Of a stretch of DNA of 64,000 nt, positions 13,537-27,300 are shown one piece after another; the first letter of the stretch is position 1, and each line of letters starts with the position of its first letter. The position numbers and the translations under genes were made by a program. The notes below the pieces were generated by a model, which made no database searches, was not told where the DNA came from, and worked only from the letters and a program-made list of their open reading frames with translations. Location of the stretch: contig NW_003314274.1 in the NCBI RefSeq assembly GCF_000143415.4, positions 270,794 to 334,793 on the forward strand. The letters are read 5' to 3'. Source of the stretch: Selaginella moellendorffii (taxonomy: Eukaryota; Plantae; Lycopodiophyta).

Positions 13537-13573
13537 TATATATATATATATATCTCTGTGTGTGTGTGTGTGT
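13537..13573. repeat. (AT)n(CT)n(GT)n compound microsatellite
   Basis: atatatatatatatatatctctgtgtgtgtgtgtgtgt seen directly. Confidence 0.85.
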
Positions 13574-13739
13574 ATTATTTTACCTCTTATTGTTGGTTCA
13601 ATCACTCCACAATATCTAGAAGGGAAAGCATAATTAGAGTATTTGGATTAAATTTTACTAATGTTATATGTCCAGCTTTCAAAGTCTTTGGCACATGCAC
13701 AAGAGTATTAAAGGCATTCTTATGGCTTACTACTACACA

Positions 13740-13990
13740 TTAGACTAAAAAGAAGAGGATGCCTAGGTATGTGAAGTCACAATGAACCCCAGTTGTAAAT
13801 ATCCAATTGATACCCAAAATGATATCACACACTTGGTTAGGCATCATATGTAATGAAAAGGTGTGCCTATACTCCCTAAGTTGTAACAATACATATACCA
13901 TATATCTAAAAGACTTTTGATCTTCAAACACCACACAAAGACATTTATGAAATCTTGTATAACTCAAGCAAACACACCATTGAATAACTA
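13740..13990 (-). pseudogene. Gypsy aspartic protease relic
   Basis: CDIILGINWIFTTGVHCDF matches the retroviral-type protease C-terminal DxILGxxWL motif. Confidence 0.5.
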
Positions 13991-15269
13991 AAGGATATTG
14001 TAACACTAAAACTAGGATATAACCAATCTTGAGAAAAGAAACATAAATCTCTCAATCTTCCAAAATAACATATGCATAGAGAAAGATAGCATGGCCAGAA
14101 GTACATGAGGGTTTGTGCATTGAGGCAGTAGGGCTTGTGTATTTTTAACCAATGAGGAAAAAAATATTATTTGGCATTTTTATGATGATTGACATAATTC
14201 ATCACACTATATCACTAATCTTAACAATCAAAATATGATTGGCAGCACCTCTAAGCACTATTACACCTGCCATAATCACTATCAGGCCTCTATACATGAT
14301 CATGCTAGCCATGATCATTATCGCACCTCCATGCATAATTATGTATGCCATGGCATGCTAACTACTCCTCTTCAACCTATTGCACCACAATTCACAAGAC
14401 AATCAAAAATTTCTATGGAGAGACAAAATATTATTCACCATAAAATAACCCAAGGTCATTTTGGATTATTAAGAACCTATATTTATACAAATTTGACAGA
14501 TTATGCTGACTTGCTGTCTAATATGGGTTGGCTGTTGCCTCTCTTGTCATAAAGTTACTATAAGTGAGGTATGCAAAATCAATTAAGAATCAATGAGTAG
14601 AAGTAGTTACTTGTAAGGAAGCTTTCCAAGCTCGTAGTGCCAGGGGCTGTTCGACACTAGAATTTCCTCCCCGGGCTCAAGATTTAGCTCAGAGTCTTGC
14701 TGAAGCACATATAAATTTATTTAAATTATTAAAGCTCATATTTCTAATAAATACTTCCTCTCTAGATTTTTGTAAAGTACTATCAAATTAATCACATCTC
14801 AATCTTAATGATAACATTAGCTAATTTAAAAAGGCATTTAACTAAAGCATTTAAGAGTTGTTATTAAGTATTCTTCATTTAAGAATGATTTAAAAATTAC
14901 TCATCTTAAAAAATATATTCCTAACTCTCTATATTTGGATATCTAAAAGCATCCAAACTTATTTTGTGTATAGGTTAAGTTTAGTAAGTTGGATGGGTAT
15001 ATTCTAATTCTTTCATTTAATTTTAATGCCCATTGAAAGCTCAAGCTATTTCTTCTCACACAATCATGTCTTGATAATTTATATTGCATTCACAAGATTT
15101 ACATACCCTCTCTTTTGTGAATTTATGTAATTCTTTTCTTTGTTTCCCTCCTTTCTTTTAATTATTAGTTGTTCACATTACTTTCTTTCATGAAAATTCA
15201 TATTGATTATTCTAGCAATTTCTTTCTTTTGGTGTTTTTTTTGTAAGAAAAAGTACTTATTTTCTGTAC

Positions 15270-17060
15270 TTCTCCCAAGGGTTGTAAGGGGTTTCAAAAG
15301 TATAAGAATAAGAACCCAATGTTAAAGGAACTCTCTAGCCAAGTTAAGATTGGGATTACCTTGGGTGAGAATGAACATGCATTTAGGGGGTGTTAGAAAG
15401 GCTTATTAAGGAAGTGTTTAAGAGCAATTTTTACACTCGGAAAGAAAACTAATTATGGTGCTTTTAACTCATGTGGAGTGGTGCTTTACTTAAGTATTAT
15501 ATAACTTATTGGTCCTTGCTCCTTCCTAAGGGTTTTGGCCTTCCCTTTGGGATGAGAGTGGGAATAGGGGTAATTATTCCCTTATACCGTTACACCATGG
15601 TGTTTCCCCTCGGGGTTTTGAAGTAAGAAATGCATACAAGATTTGGGATTTAAAGGGTTCTATGATCAAATCTTGTTATATTAAGAGATGTTAGGAATTT
15701 GGAGGCTTAATGTGCTTGGTTGCTTATGCCTATGGGAAATGGAATTAAACTTTACATTCAATTTAACCAGGGGAGGGGGATTGAGAGAGAATTTGGGAAT
15801 TCATGAAACTTTATTGCTCATGCAGTGAGTACTTGAACCAAGTAAGTTTAAGTAAGAGTTAGTACAATAGGTGTGAACCCTGGAAAGAGAATTTAATAGA
15901 GGCCAACACAAAGGTGGTTAAATAGATGAGATAAATTAGCAAATTGAAAAAAGAAAATTTGTGATTTATAATTTGGTATTTGAGTTTTTTTCTCAGTTTT
16001 AGCAAAAAAATAAAGGTGGATTGTTGAGAAATGGCTAAGGCAAGATGTAAGAATCAAGACAAAGATAAAACCTCCTCTAGAGATGGAACTTTTGGTCAAA
16101 CAAAAAGCTGTGGATAAGGAATCCTTGCATAGTGAGGAAACTTCCAAATAGGAGTTTAGTGGCGAGGTTCAGTCATCCAAGGCTTGATTGAACACTTTAG
16201 AAGGACAAGTGGCATAGACCAATACTTTGTTAGAGACTTTCGTATGTAAGCTAAAGTATAACAAAAAGTGGAAAAAAAAACAAAAGACTATAGATGCTAG
16301 TAGCGCAGAAGGAGTGGACCCTATAGTAGAGACTAAAGTAAGACTAAACAAGGTCGAACAAATTGAAATAGAGTCATTCCCCCAAGCAGTTCCCAAATAT
16401 AAACCAAAGCACTAACCGATCTTTAAGGGAGTGAATGACTATAAAGTGGTGGAAAATTAGTTTTATGATATGAAGGATTACTTTCGAGCATTACAATTAT
16501 CAAACTCTAAAAAGGTTTTATATGCACAACTATACTTAGCAGATAATATTAAGTTTTGGTGGAGAACAACAAAGGCCAATAAAGGACTGGTGGCTACTTG
16601 GAAAGTGATGAAGGTGAGGATTTGTGCAACATGTGTTCCTCGGAATGTTACTCTACATCTAAAGGATGAATTGAGTAGGTTAAAATAGACAAAAATCATT
16701 CAAGAGTGTGTGAATGCATTTTGGCCAAGTAAATCCTTATCACAAATATGGGTGATATAAATGTGTCCTATGCCTCCATGTTAGGCTTGCAAACTTGGGC
16801 TTAAGGCAAAGTGATGCACTAAAACCCGACTAATACAAAGAAGCATTGGATGCAGTGATCAAAATGCATTTTAATGATAACCTGTGAAAAGGGAACATGA
16901 CAGGGTTTGGGTCCATATTTAGTAAGGGAGTTAAACCAAGAGGGACATATGGAAAAGGAAAATTTAGGAAAAGTTTATTTAAGAATGAATCCTCAGGGTT
17001 TCTGAAAGGTAGATCTGGTAGCCAAAGGGCAAGTACGTAAGGTATCATACTTGAGCAAAC
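15270..17060 (+). mobile_element. Truncated family E chromovirus: partial 5' LTR (ends ~15970), decayed Met PBS, degenerate gag
   Basis: LTR end matches the ends at 25382 and 34418. PBS tggtatttgag at ~15974. Gag fragments YKPK..FKGVNDYKVVE, MKDYFRALQL..YLADNIKFWW. Confidence 0.8.
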
Positions 17061-17998
17061 ATGGTTCTAGGGTGATATGGGACTTATATGGTATGCCTCA
17101 TGTCATATGAGGATCATGTCCTCCAACAATTAAGAGTTGGACAACACACCTTTAGTCTAGATCTAGAGGCAAATACTCAAAGATCTCCTTGACAACTACA
17201 GGGTGGATAGCATAGGCTATCAAATTGCTATCAAAATGAACAGAATAGTAAATGTTGTGAAATATGAGATCTACCTCCCAACTATGAATCTAACAAGATT
17301 CACATATCTACCACCATGCTCCTCCATAAGTGAGAAGCATTGTATAGGTATAGAAACCATATTCTTATAGTGGAAATAGAAAGGCAAGGATACCTTGTAG
17401 CCACCTTCATCACTATCTCTTATGCACAATAGCCCAAGTGGACCAAGTGGAAGATGTGTTCCATGAGTTATATAACTGTGGCCTTCAATCAATTCTAGGT
17501 ATAGATATCTCTATTAAAAACAAAGGGTTACAATTGGCCATCTATTTAAGAAAAATAGGTGAATAGCAACACCTGATCATCAAAAGGCCCAAAAAATAGC
17601 CTATCATGGTGAGCAAAGCCATAGTGGTCCTCTTAGTGTGAGGAGAGAGAGAAAGGAGGTTCACTATGGAGTTACAAAACTATCCTTTAATGTTCTTATA
17701 ATTTATTAAGTAAAAAGATCTAGAATATATTAAATAAGAAATATCATTTTCAGTATATGCCACCAGTCTTAAGCCTGTTTATATATAATATTGGGTTGAC
17801 TAGATTTAATACAATTGATTGAAAGGTTTCTATGCTATATTATTAATATTAATGTACTTACTACAAGTATACTCATATTATTTAATGTAAACATGATTTA
17901 TTATTCAGACTAATATACTACAGGATAAAATTTATTTTTATATGTACATGATTAAATTAAAATTCAATATATATTTATATATGATACTCAAAGAAATA

Positions 17999-18764
17999 TT
18001 ATGTACACCAATGTAAGAATCCATTCTTATTTTCAATATAATTCTCTATGTAAAAAATTGAATAGCGGTAATTTGTAAATCCTCCTCCAGTAATACAATG
18101 AGCTTGGATAATAACACCTAATTGATATATACCAATCGTAGTTTCATCACAGCTCACAAGTCCATTAATGCCTTTCTTTAAATGCCCATTAAATTGCCCA
18201 ATATAAAAATTAAGATTAAGTCTAGAAGTAATAATTCTATTATTTTCATTTGTACATGATGCTTGCAAAAAGAAGCTCGATACAATAGAAATGGAAGTAC
18301 ATGAAAGATGGAAACTATACAACATAAGAAAATTACAAACAAAAATAAGATACAAAATTAAAATTAAAATACCTGCCACATATATGAGGAGGATTAGCAC
18401 CAGCCCAATTAGCTGAGAAATCATTTATCTCAAAATTATATGCACCATCATGAAATATATACCACTTTTGATCTTTCATATTTAATAAATTAAATTTAAA
18501 AACTGGAAAACGTATTAATCTTCTATCCCATTGCCCATCACACCAATACTCTGTTGTAGGAGTTGGAAAAATATATTTTTGAAAATTATGTCCATCTGTA
18601 AAAATTTCATCATAGATTATATTATTTCCTGATTTACAAATTAAATGAATATCTTCCCCCATGTAGCTTGTAATAGATATCAATACTCTTGGAAATCCAT
18701 TCACAATATAATTTGATAAGAAAATTATAAAGAAAAAAATAAGTAAGAAAAATTTATTAGACAT
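17999..18764 (-). CDS. Secreted SPH (plant self-incompatibility S1-like) domain fused to a cyanovirin-N homologue (CVNH) lectin; exons 18764-18373 and 18314-17999, 235 aa
   Basis: Signal peptide MSNKFFLLIFFFIIFLSNYIVNG. SPH motifs IHLICKSG, TTEYWCDGQW, FPVF, WYIFHDGAY. A 58-nt GT..AG intron (18372-18315) joins in frame to CGSFHLSC..LQASC..SRLNLNFYIGQFNGHL..VSC..IQAHC..IENYIENKNGFLHWCT*, the CVNH two-repeat pattern. Confidence 0.8.
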
Positions 18765-20084
18765 GAATTAATATAAATATATAAAGATAAAAAAGAGTGT
18801 ATAATAAAATATAACCTTAAATTTTCTAAAATTAATTTTGAATTAGAAAATTAATTTAATGGTCTTTATTTATCTATATAGTTCCAAACTAAATATTAAA
18901 AAAACATTTCGATGAATAATGAACTTAATAACCTAGATTGTATACATCCATATAGTTCTAATTTTAGCTTTTAAAAATATATTTTAAAATATATATTCTA
19001 TATTCTAATTTATAATTAATTAAACAAATAATATTATTTTAATTACTGTCATGAGTGCATGGAATATGGAAATGAAATTAAAAATATGTATATTTAATTT
19101 GCCCCAAAACTTTAGCTTATATACAGGAGCAAGTGGTTTGAATTGAAATACATCTAATAATTAGTAAAATCTTACAATATTATTATTAATATATAACATT
19201 ATAATACACTTAAACATTAAATCATCCCCTCCTCTAAGAAGGATAGAAGGCAATTAGTGTTCTTTAGTTGATAGGTCAAAATTTGCAGGAACATCAAGAG
19301 GAAGCACTAGTGGACCTATAAGTGGTGCAAATTATTTTTTATCTGTTTGTATGAAATGCTTCAGTCATTGCATAACAATTTTTAGAAGATCAGTCTATTC
19401 AAAATTATGTTGAACCTCATAAACTTGTAGTCCAACTTGCTGCATGTAATGCATATGTTTTTACCAGTGTGACCAAGGAAGGTTATACCCACGTGTTAGG
19501 TGATGATATATCCATTGAGGAATTCAAGGTTAAAGTGAATATGAACAGATAAGTGGGATAATTTGGTGACGTGTTTAAGAGCCAATTCTAGCTCCTCTAG
19601 GAGATTGAATGGTCAATGCTCCCAATCCAAGTGTGGGTGGCACTATCTACTTGGATACCTATAGTGGCTCGTTGGAACCTCACTCTAGCCACATGGCTAG
19701 GGCACCTAAAGGCGGAAGGTCGGGAGAGTACCCACAAGGCTTATATAGGGCCATAGTGTTTTAAAATGTTGTCCCAAAGTCCTGCACTAAGGAAAAGAAG
19801 AGGAGTAGTCCTTTTGTGTGGTAACCAAGGATGTAGTCATATGGCAAGGAAGTCCTAGAGGCTAGTGGGGCATAATGGTTGGGCCTATTAGCCTTGACTT
19901 AGTGGTAGTGTTGGCGAACATGGCGATGGACGGAAAGGGAGTTAGTGTGGGCTGAAAAAGGGATATTGGGGAAGGTTGTTCTCTATATGTATAGATATCC
20001 TAAGGAATGATCACTCATGGACGGATGGCCTAATCTTGGAGAGATGGGATTGTGATATAAGTGGTGTTGGATCACTAGTGTGAT

Positions 20085-22686
20085 TATCGCGAATGTAACT
20101 TCGGGTATCGAAAGTTATCTATCGGATAGTCCTTATGGACACTTTCCTTATTGCCACGACGGCAGGAGGTCGGTATTACTAGACCCTTTATTAGTCCCTT
20201 TATTAGTCCCTCTTGTGCTAGTGGAGTTAATTGGTATTTTGAGTGTACTTAGACCGGATGAGCATAAGGACAGAATTTCTATATGCTATTAGTTAAACAT
20301 ACTTAGCTTAGTAAGGAGTTCCCATCTCATTTTATCTTGCACTTGTTAGTGACAAGAACCCTCGCGTATTGAGATTAGTCCTTCAATATCACTATATGAT
20401 AGCTTACCATGTTTGCTAAACACCCTCGCTATCATGCCCTTTGTATTAGTCTCATTTTGGTCTTAAATGCTATTTATGGAAAGTGTTTAGATTTGCTCAT
20501 TTGGCATATCTACAGAATGTAGAGATTGGCCTGAACACAATGGTGTTCATCCTATGTCCAAATTCGCATTCTAGCCCTATTCCATAATTAGTAAATTTCA
20601 AGCTTGTCCCAAAGACTAACTCCTAATACTAAGGGAGGCTTGGGGTGAAAGCCCAAAGTGTGTGTTCCTCAAGGGGGGGGGGGGGTTCTAAATGTATAAT
20701 AGGGATAGTGGGTAGGTTGGGCATGGCCGACCAACTTGAGGCATAGTCTAGCTCTCACTTGCGTGTCTATCTTTGTTCTGCATCCGGCTTGGGTCTAAGC
20801 CCAAGCTCCACCCCATGCTAGCTGGTGGAGTACCTATATCTTTGTGTTAGGCCACCGGTATGCTAAAATAGCACCAAACTCTGTTTCGCTCCGTTTTGTA
20901 TGCTAGTCTGTAGCACACATGGTTTTTACCCTTTATCCTATGGTGATTTACCATAGGATAACACCACGAAGCGCTCTTTGTGCCACGTGACAGATGCCAC
21001 ATGTCACATGCCACATGTCCAAAGGATAGTGGTGTGGAACCTGAGGTTAAGGGCCTTGGGCCACTGAACGAAAGAACGGTGCCAAACTCCCAAGCATGGA
21101 GCCAAGGAGTGAGGGAACCGAACCATGGAGCAACTCCCGAGCATACAGCCCAAGGAGCGAAGGGACAAAATTCCGGAGCGACTTGGAACAGTTCTGGAGC
21201 AAACACCATCCTAATGCCAGGACCAACACGCAAAATGGAGCCAAATGGAGTTTGGCGCTATTTTGGTATATCGGTGGCCTAACGTGAGGACATGGGTACT
21301 CCACTAGCTAGCATGGAATGGAACTTGGGCTTAGACCCAAGCCGGACGCAGAACAAGGATAGGCACACAAGTGGGAGCTAGACTATGCCTTAGGTTGGTC
21401 AGCCATGCCCAACCTACCCACTATCCCTACTATACATTTAGAACCCATGGAGCAACTCCCGAGCATACAGCCCAAGGAGCGAAGGGACAAAATTCCGGAG
21501 CGACTTGGAACAGTTCTGGAGCAAACACCATCCTAATGCCAGGACCAACACGCAAAATGGAGCCAAATGGAGTTTGGCGCTATTTTGGTATATTGGTGGC
21601 CTAACGTGAGGACATGGGTACTCCACTAGCTAGCATGGAATGGAACTTGGGCTTAGACCCAAGCCAGACGCAGAACAAGGACAGGCACACAAGTGGGAGC
21701 TAGACTATGCCTCAGGTTGGTCAGCCATGCCCAACCTACCCACTATCCCTACTATACATTTAGAACCCCCCCCCCCCCCCCCCTTGAGGACATGCTTTGG
21801 GCTTTCACCCCAAGCCTCCCTTAGTATTAGGAGTTAGTCTTTGGGACAAGCTTGAAATTTACTAATTATGGAATAGCGCTAGAATGTGAATTTGGACACA
21901 GGATGAACACCATTATGTTCAGGCCAATCTCTACATTCTATAAATATGCCAAATGAGCAAATCTAAACACTTTCCATAAATAGCATTTAGGACCGAAATG
22001 AGACTAACACAAAGGGCATGATAGCCAGGGTGTTTGGCAGACATGGTAAGCTATCATGTAGCGATATTGAGGGACCAATCTCAATATGCGAGGGTTCTTG
22101 TCAAGCCAGTGCAAGACAGAGCAAAAAAGAACTTAAAAGCCAGGCCAAGTATGCCTGGCTCAATAGACACTTAAGAATTCCTTCCTTATGCTCATCCGGC
22201 CAAGTACAGATGCAAAGTCTAGTTTACTAACACTTGAACAAGAGGGACTAATAAAGGGTCCAGCAATACTAACCTCCTGCCATCGTGGTAGTAAGGTAAG
22301 AGTGTCCGTAAGGACTAGTCGACAGGTAACTTTCGATACCCGAAGTCACATGCGCGACATAGTCCTGACATTGGGATGCTAGTTGCTCTAGGAATGTTCC
22401 AAGTCACTCCATGCTCTTGTCCCTTTGTTCCTTGGGCTGTATGCTTGGGAGTTGCTCCGTGGTCCAGTTTCGTCACTCCTTGGCTCCATGCTTGGGAGTT
22501 TGGCACCATTCCTTCATTCAGTGGCCAAGGCCCTGAACCTTGGGTTCCACACCACTGTTGTATGGACATATGGCATGTGATATGTGGCATATAACATGTG
22601 GCACATGGAGGGTTTAGGTTCTACTTTGTGGTGTTATCCTATGGTAAATCACCATAGGATAAAGGGTAAAAACCACATGCGCTACA
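20085..22686 (+). mobile_element. Family C LTR (T[G>A]TCGCG...GCTACA) interrupted by a second C LTR
   Basis: 20085-20908 plus 22365-22686 is the reverse complement of the inserted copy. Confidence 0.75.
20909..22359 (-). mobile_element. Solo LTR of family C in inverted orientation, with a ~322-bp internal tandem duplication (~21120-21441 / 21442-21763)
   Basis: TG...CA ends; perfect 5-bp TSD TAGTC at 20904-20908 and 22360-22364. Confidence 0.85.
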
Positions 22687-23379
22687 TTCTCTAATACCAA
22701 CTGTAGCGCATTCTATCTCTCTCCTCTTAAGTTAACTAGAAAAGGGGCAATTGCTTGATGAGCGAGCCCTTAATGGCTATTTTATCCCCATTTATTCCCT
22801 AAGGTTCCAAGGATCCACAATGACAGTATATCCAAATCTCATCCCATGATCACATGTGCTACACTCACCTCCCCTTCAGAGATGTTAATGTCTTCATTGA
22901 CTATTGACTAACAACCCTTACTGAGTAAGCCAAGAGGAACCAACACCTCTATTTCCGCACTAAATCTACCAATCCTTCCATTGTGTAGACCAGCTATTTC
23001 ATGTGAGGCAACTAGTCATCCACTCGTATCGCAGTCCCATGGTGGATACCTTCGTCTGTGGATACTCCACACAAGAGGAAGGACATATGCATGGATGCCC
23101 AATACATACGATTTCAAATTTAGGGGTAGGAATATACCTTGCTTAAGGGTATATTATACTTTTAAGTAGCCACTAATCAATAGGAATTGAACTCGTGCCA
23201 TTTTCTCTGATACCAACTATACTGCACCCTATTTCTCTCCCCTTAAGCCAACTAGAAAAGGGGTAATTGTTTGATGAGAGAGCCCTTAGTGGCTATTTTA
23301 TCCCCATTTATCCCCCAAGGTTCCAAGGATCCACAGTGACAGTATATTCAAATCTCATCCCATGATCATATGTGCTACA
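22687..23379 (-). mobile_element. TRIM (family B): ~161-bp LTRs at ~22702-22863 and 23218-23379, Met PBS, PPT, and a second PBS remnant suggesting a former tandem array
   Basis: ctctgatacca (rc TGGTATCAGAG) before 23218 and ctctaatacca before 22702. PPT ctcacctcccct after the left LTR. Internal part ~350 bp with no ORF. Confidence 0.8.
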
Positions 23380-23659
23380 ATGATAAAGGTAAAGGGCACA
23401 GCTTTGGCATAATTGGCTGATATGTCAATGGTACTTTTGGGTGTCAGTCATAGGATCCGATACATGAAACACTTGGACCAAGTGTAAAGGTTGAATGGCA
23501 TGAATGCCATTCTTAGGGTTAATAAGTCCCCAAGTCTGGAATAGGATTTATAGAGGTTGTGAGTGAGACTCCTCTAAGTGGTAAAAGGTGTGGTTAAGTG
23601 ACTAAAATAGAATGGAAAATTTAGTTGTTTACATGACGTTCTTGTCAATACATACTTGA

Positions 23660-24109
23660 GTTTAGACATAGGACGAACACCATTATGTTCAGGACAATCT
23701 CTACATTCCATAGATATGCCAAATGAGCAATCTAGACACTTTTCATAAATAACATTTAGGACTGGAATAAGACTAACACAAAGGGGATGATGCGAGGGTG
23801 TTTGGCAAACACAGTAGGCTATCATTTAGCAAATATTGAAGGATGAAGCTCAATATCGTGGGGGTTCTTGATAGTAGCAAGTGCAAATCAATGATAGGAG
23901 TAAACCAAGCTGACTATGCTCAACAAAAAACACATAAGGTTCCTACTTTATGTTTATTTGATTTAAGTGCACAGTTTCTCAAATAGCTTAAGTGGGAATT
24001 GATAACAAGTCCAACAATATTGACCTCCTGCCGTTGTGATAGTAAGGAAAAAATATCTAAAAGGACTAGCCGACAAATAACTTTCGATACCCAAAGTCAC
24101 ATTTGCGAC
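23660..24109 (-). repeat. Partial family C LTR
   Basis: Homologous to ~21890-22359, ending ...AAGTCACATTTGCGACA. Confidence 0.7.
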
Positions 24110-24339
24110 ACTACAACACTTGATATGGTTCTTTCCACTGAGCAAAGAGTTCATTAAACAAACAATATACCATAAGATTGGGAAAGGTCAATATAAGGTC
24201 ATCCACTTTGTTATAAATCATAAATTTTCTTTTTCCAATTACCAACTTACCTCATCTTTCCGACCACCTTTGCCTTGGCTTCAATTAAGTTCCTTTACCA
24301 AAGTTCACACTTATTATACCAACTCCTAATTTGACCTAC

Positions 24340-27300
24340 TATAAGGAACCAACTCCTCAAGGTGTTGAAGACTAAAGTATCCCTAAAACCACAACCAGAA
24401 TGATAAAGAGTTCATTGGATGAGGCCGAGTCCAAAATCGAGTCCAAGACCGACTCTAAGACTTGGTTTGAGACCGAGTTCGAGATCGAGTCCAAAACCGA
24501 GTTCAAAATCGAGTCTGAGATCCAAAATTGGGTTTGAGACCAAGTCCAAGATCGAGTCTGAAACTGAGTTCGAAGTCGGGTCTGACGAGATCAAGTCTAA
24601 AATCAAGTCCAAGACTGAGTCCGAATACTAATATATATCATGGGGTGAAATCCCAAAGCAATTATCTCCCACGGGGGGGGCCGTAGGGGGCTCTAAAAGT
24701 ACAATAAGGATAGTGAGGTTTAGGAACTAGTCTTGAAGGAACTATCCAGTGAACTAACTTGAGGTTGGGACTAGGGGTTAAGGGCTTTGGATAGGAGTGA
24801 GCATGGACTTAGGTGGTGCCAGAGAGGCCACCCAAAGAAGTAATCAAGAGTAACTCCCAGTCCCAGAAGGGAAACCGACTGCGGTGCTCTTAACTCATGT
24901 GGAGTGGTGTGCCACTTAAGTACCATGTGGCTTATTAGTCATCACTCCTTCCTAGGTGCTTGGGCCTTCCCTTTGGGATGGAAGTGGGGGAGTGGGGGAA
25001 TTAGGCCACAGTGTTTCCCCCTGGGTCTTGAAGTAAAACATGCACCTAAAGCTTGGGAGTTAGAGGGTCTCATGTTTAAGTCTTGTTGTACTATGGGATA
25101 TTAAGATCTAGAGGCTTCGTGTGCTTAGTTATTTATGCTTACAGAGAGTGTAACCAAAACTTAAGTCTAATCTAACATAAAGAGGGGGATAAAATGAGAA
25201 TTTGGGAATTCATGGATGGATGGCTAACACTCCGTTACTCATGTAGTTAATAGCTGAAACCAAGTAGGAGATAGTACAATAGGTGGGAACCTTGGCAAGG
25301 GAATTTAATTAAGGCCAAAGTAATGGTGGTTAGATAAATGAGGTAAGCTAGTAAATTGGAAAGGAAAAATTTATGGGTTACAATTTGATACTAGAGTCTT
25401 TCCCTCAATTTTAGTGAAGGATAGAGGTGGATTGTTAAAAGATGACTAAGGCAGGGCATAAAAGAACCAAGGTGGAGATGAAACCCCCTTTGAAACTGGA
25501 GCCTTTAGTCAAACAAAAAGCTATAGATGAAGAATCCTTATATAATAAGGACTTCAGTGAGGAAACTCTTAAACATGAGTTTGATGAGGAGGTTCTATCG
25601 TCCAAGGCTTGATTGAATGTTCTAGAAGAACAATTCCCACAGACCAATGCCTTGCTAAAGACCCTTATATGCCAGCTAAAGTGTGACAAAAAACAAAAGA
25701 AAAAGCAAAAGACTATAAATGCTAGCAGTATAAAAGGCATAGACCCTTTGGTGAGGATTGAGGTAGAACGAAACAAGGTAAAACAAACCAAAGTAATATC
25801 AATCTCTCAAACAATTCCTAAGTACAAACCAAAGCCCCCATCAATCTTTAAAGGAGTGAATGACTATAAAGTGGTGGAGGATTTATTTTATGATATAATC
25901 CGAGTATTATGGTTACCAAGCTCAGAAAAGGTTTTATGTGCAAAACCATATTTAGCAGATAACGATAAGTCTTGATGGAGAACAACAAAGGCTAATGAAG
26001 GATTTGTGGCCACTTAAGAAGTCATGAAGGTGAGGATATATGCAATTTATGTTCTTCCGAATGCTAATTTGCACCTAAGGAATGAGTTGAGTGAGCTAAA
26101 GTAGACAAGAACCATTCAAAAATATATCAATGGGTTTATGGCCAAAAGGATCCTTATCACAAATATAAACCACATGGATGTGTGTCATATCTTCATATTA
26201 GGCTTATAGACTTGGGCTCGGGGCAAGGTGATGCCAACCAACTAAAAGGAAGGATTGGATATAGCTATTAAGATGTATTTCAATGATAACTTGTGAAAGG
26301 GGAACACAACGAAGTTAGGGTCTATGTTTAGCAAAGGAGCCAACCAAGGGGGACATATGGAAAAGGGAAATTCTAGAAAAGTTTTTCTAAGAATGAATCC
26401 TTAGGGTTTTAGAAAGGTAGATCCAGTGGCCAGTGAGCAAGTAAGTGGGGGAGTCAGATGAAGTCTAAACTAAGGTACATGATCTAGTCCCTAGCACAAA
26501 GTTACTCATGTAATGAGTAACTTTGGTAAAGAGTCATCTGCGACACAAATCTTTAAGCCTAAAAGTGGAGTAGAAAGGGTGCCACATGGTAGTGGTCGAA
26601 GTAGATGTCCAACAAACATAACATGTTTGGACCAAAGGCTCTTACTTGGAAAGTTGAAAGTGGGAGTGGAACTCCAAACAAAGTGCTCAAAGGATGAGAA
26701 TGAAGCAATCAATGAATGAGCCTCTAAAAAGGGATACAAGAAAGACTGACATATGGAAGTGTCAAGAATGAGTCTAGAAAAGAGTCTAAGAAGAGGTCCA
26801 AGATGGAGTCCAAGAAAAAGTTCAAGATGGAGTCCGATATGGACCCAAAATAGAGTCTAAGATGGAGTCTAAGATGGAGTCCGATATGGACCTGAGATGG
26901 ACCCAATATGGACCCGAGATGGAGTCCAATATGGAGTCCGATATGGACCCAAGATGGACCCGATATGGACCCGATATGGACCTGAGATGGAGTCTGATAT
27001 GGATCCGAGATAGAGTTCGAGATGGACATGATGTGGAGTCTTAAGTCGAGCCCAAGATGGACTTGAGATGGAGTCCAAGATGGACTCGAAACCGAGACTG
27101 AGATTGAGTCTGAGATCGAGATTGAGTTTGTGACTGAGACCAAGTTCAAGTCCAAGTCCAAGGGTGAAAGCCCAAAGTGATTATCTCCCAGACCTTAGGG
27201 TTTGGTGAGCTCCAAAAGTATAATAGAGGGATGACTCTAGTGAAGCTAGTTTGGCCAGGAAAGGCCAATGTGACCAAGGAAGGTTATACCCATATGTTAG

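Larger units (their letters stand above)
19460..23633 (+). mobile_element. Family D LTR fragment (~19460-20084 plus 23380-23633) split by a 3.3-kb insertion
   Basis: The two halves rejoin colinearly with the D LTR (..GGTGTGAC|CAAGGTG..). TSD GTGAT (20080-84) / ATGAT (23380-84). Confidence 0.7.

Noticed and set aside
20847-21837. Duplicated ~60-130-aa ORFs
   Set aside because: They lie within the tandemly duplicated segment of a solo LTR.
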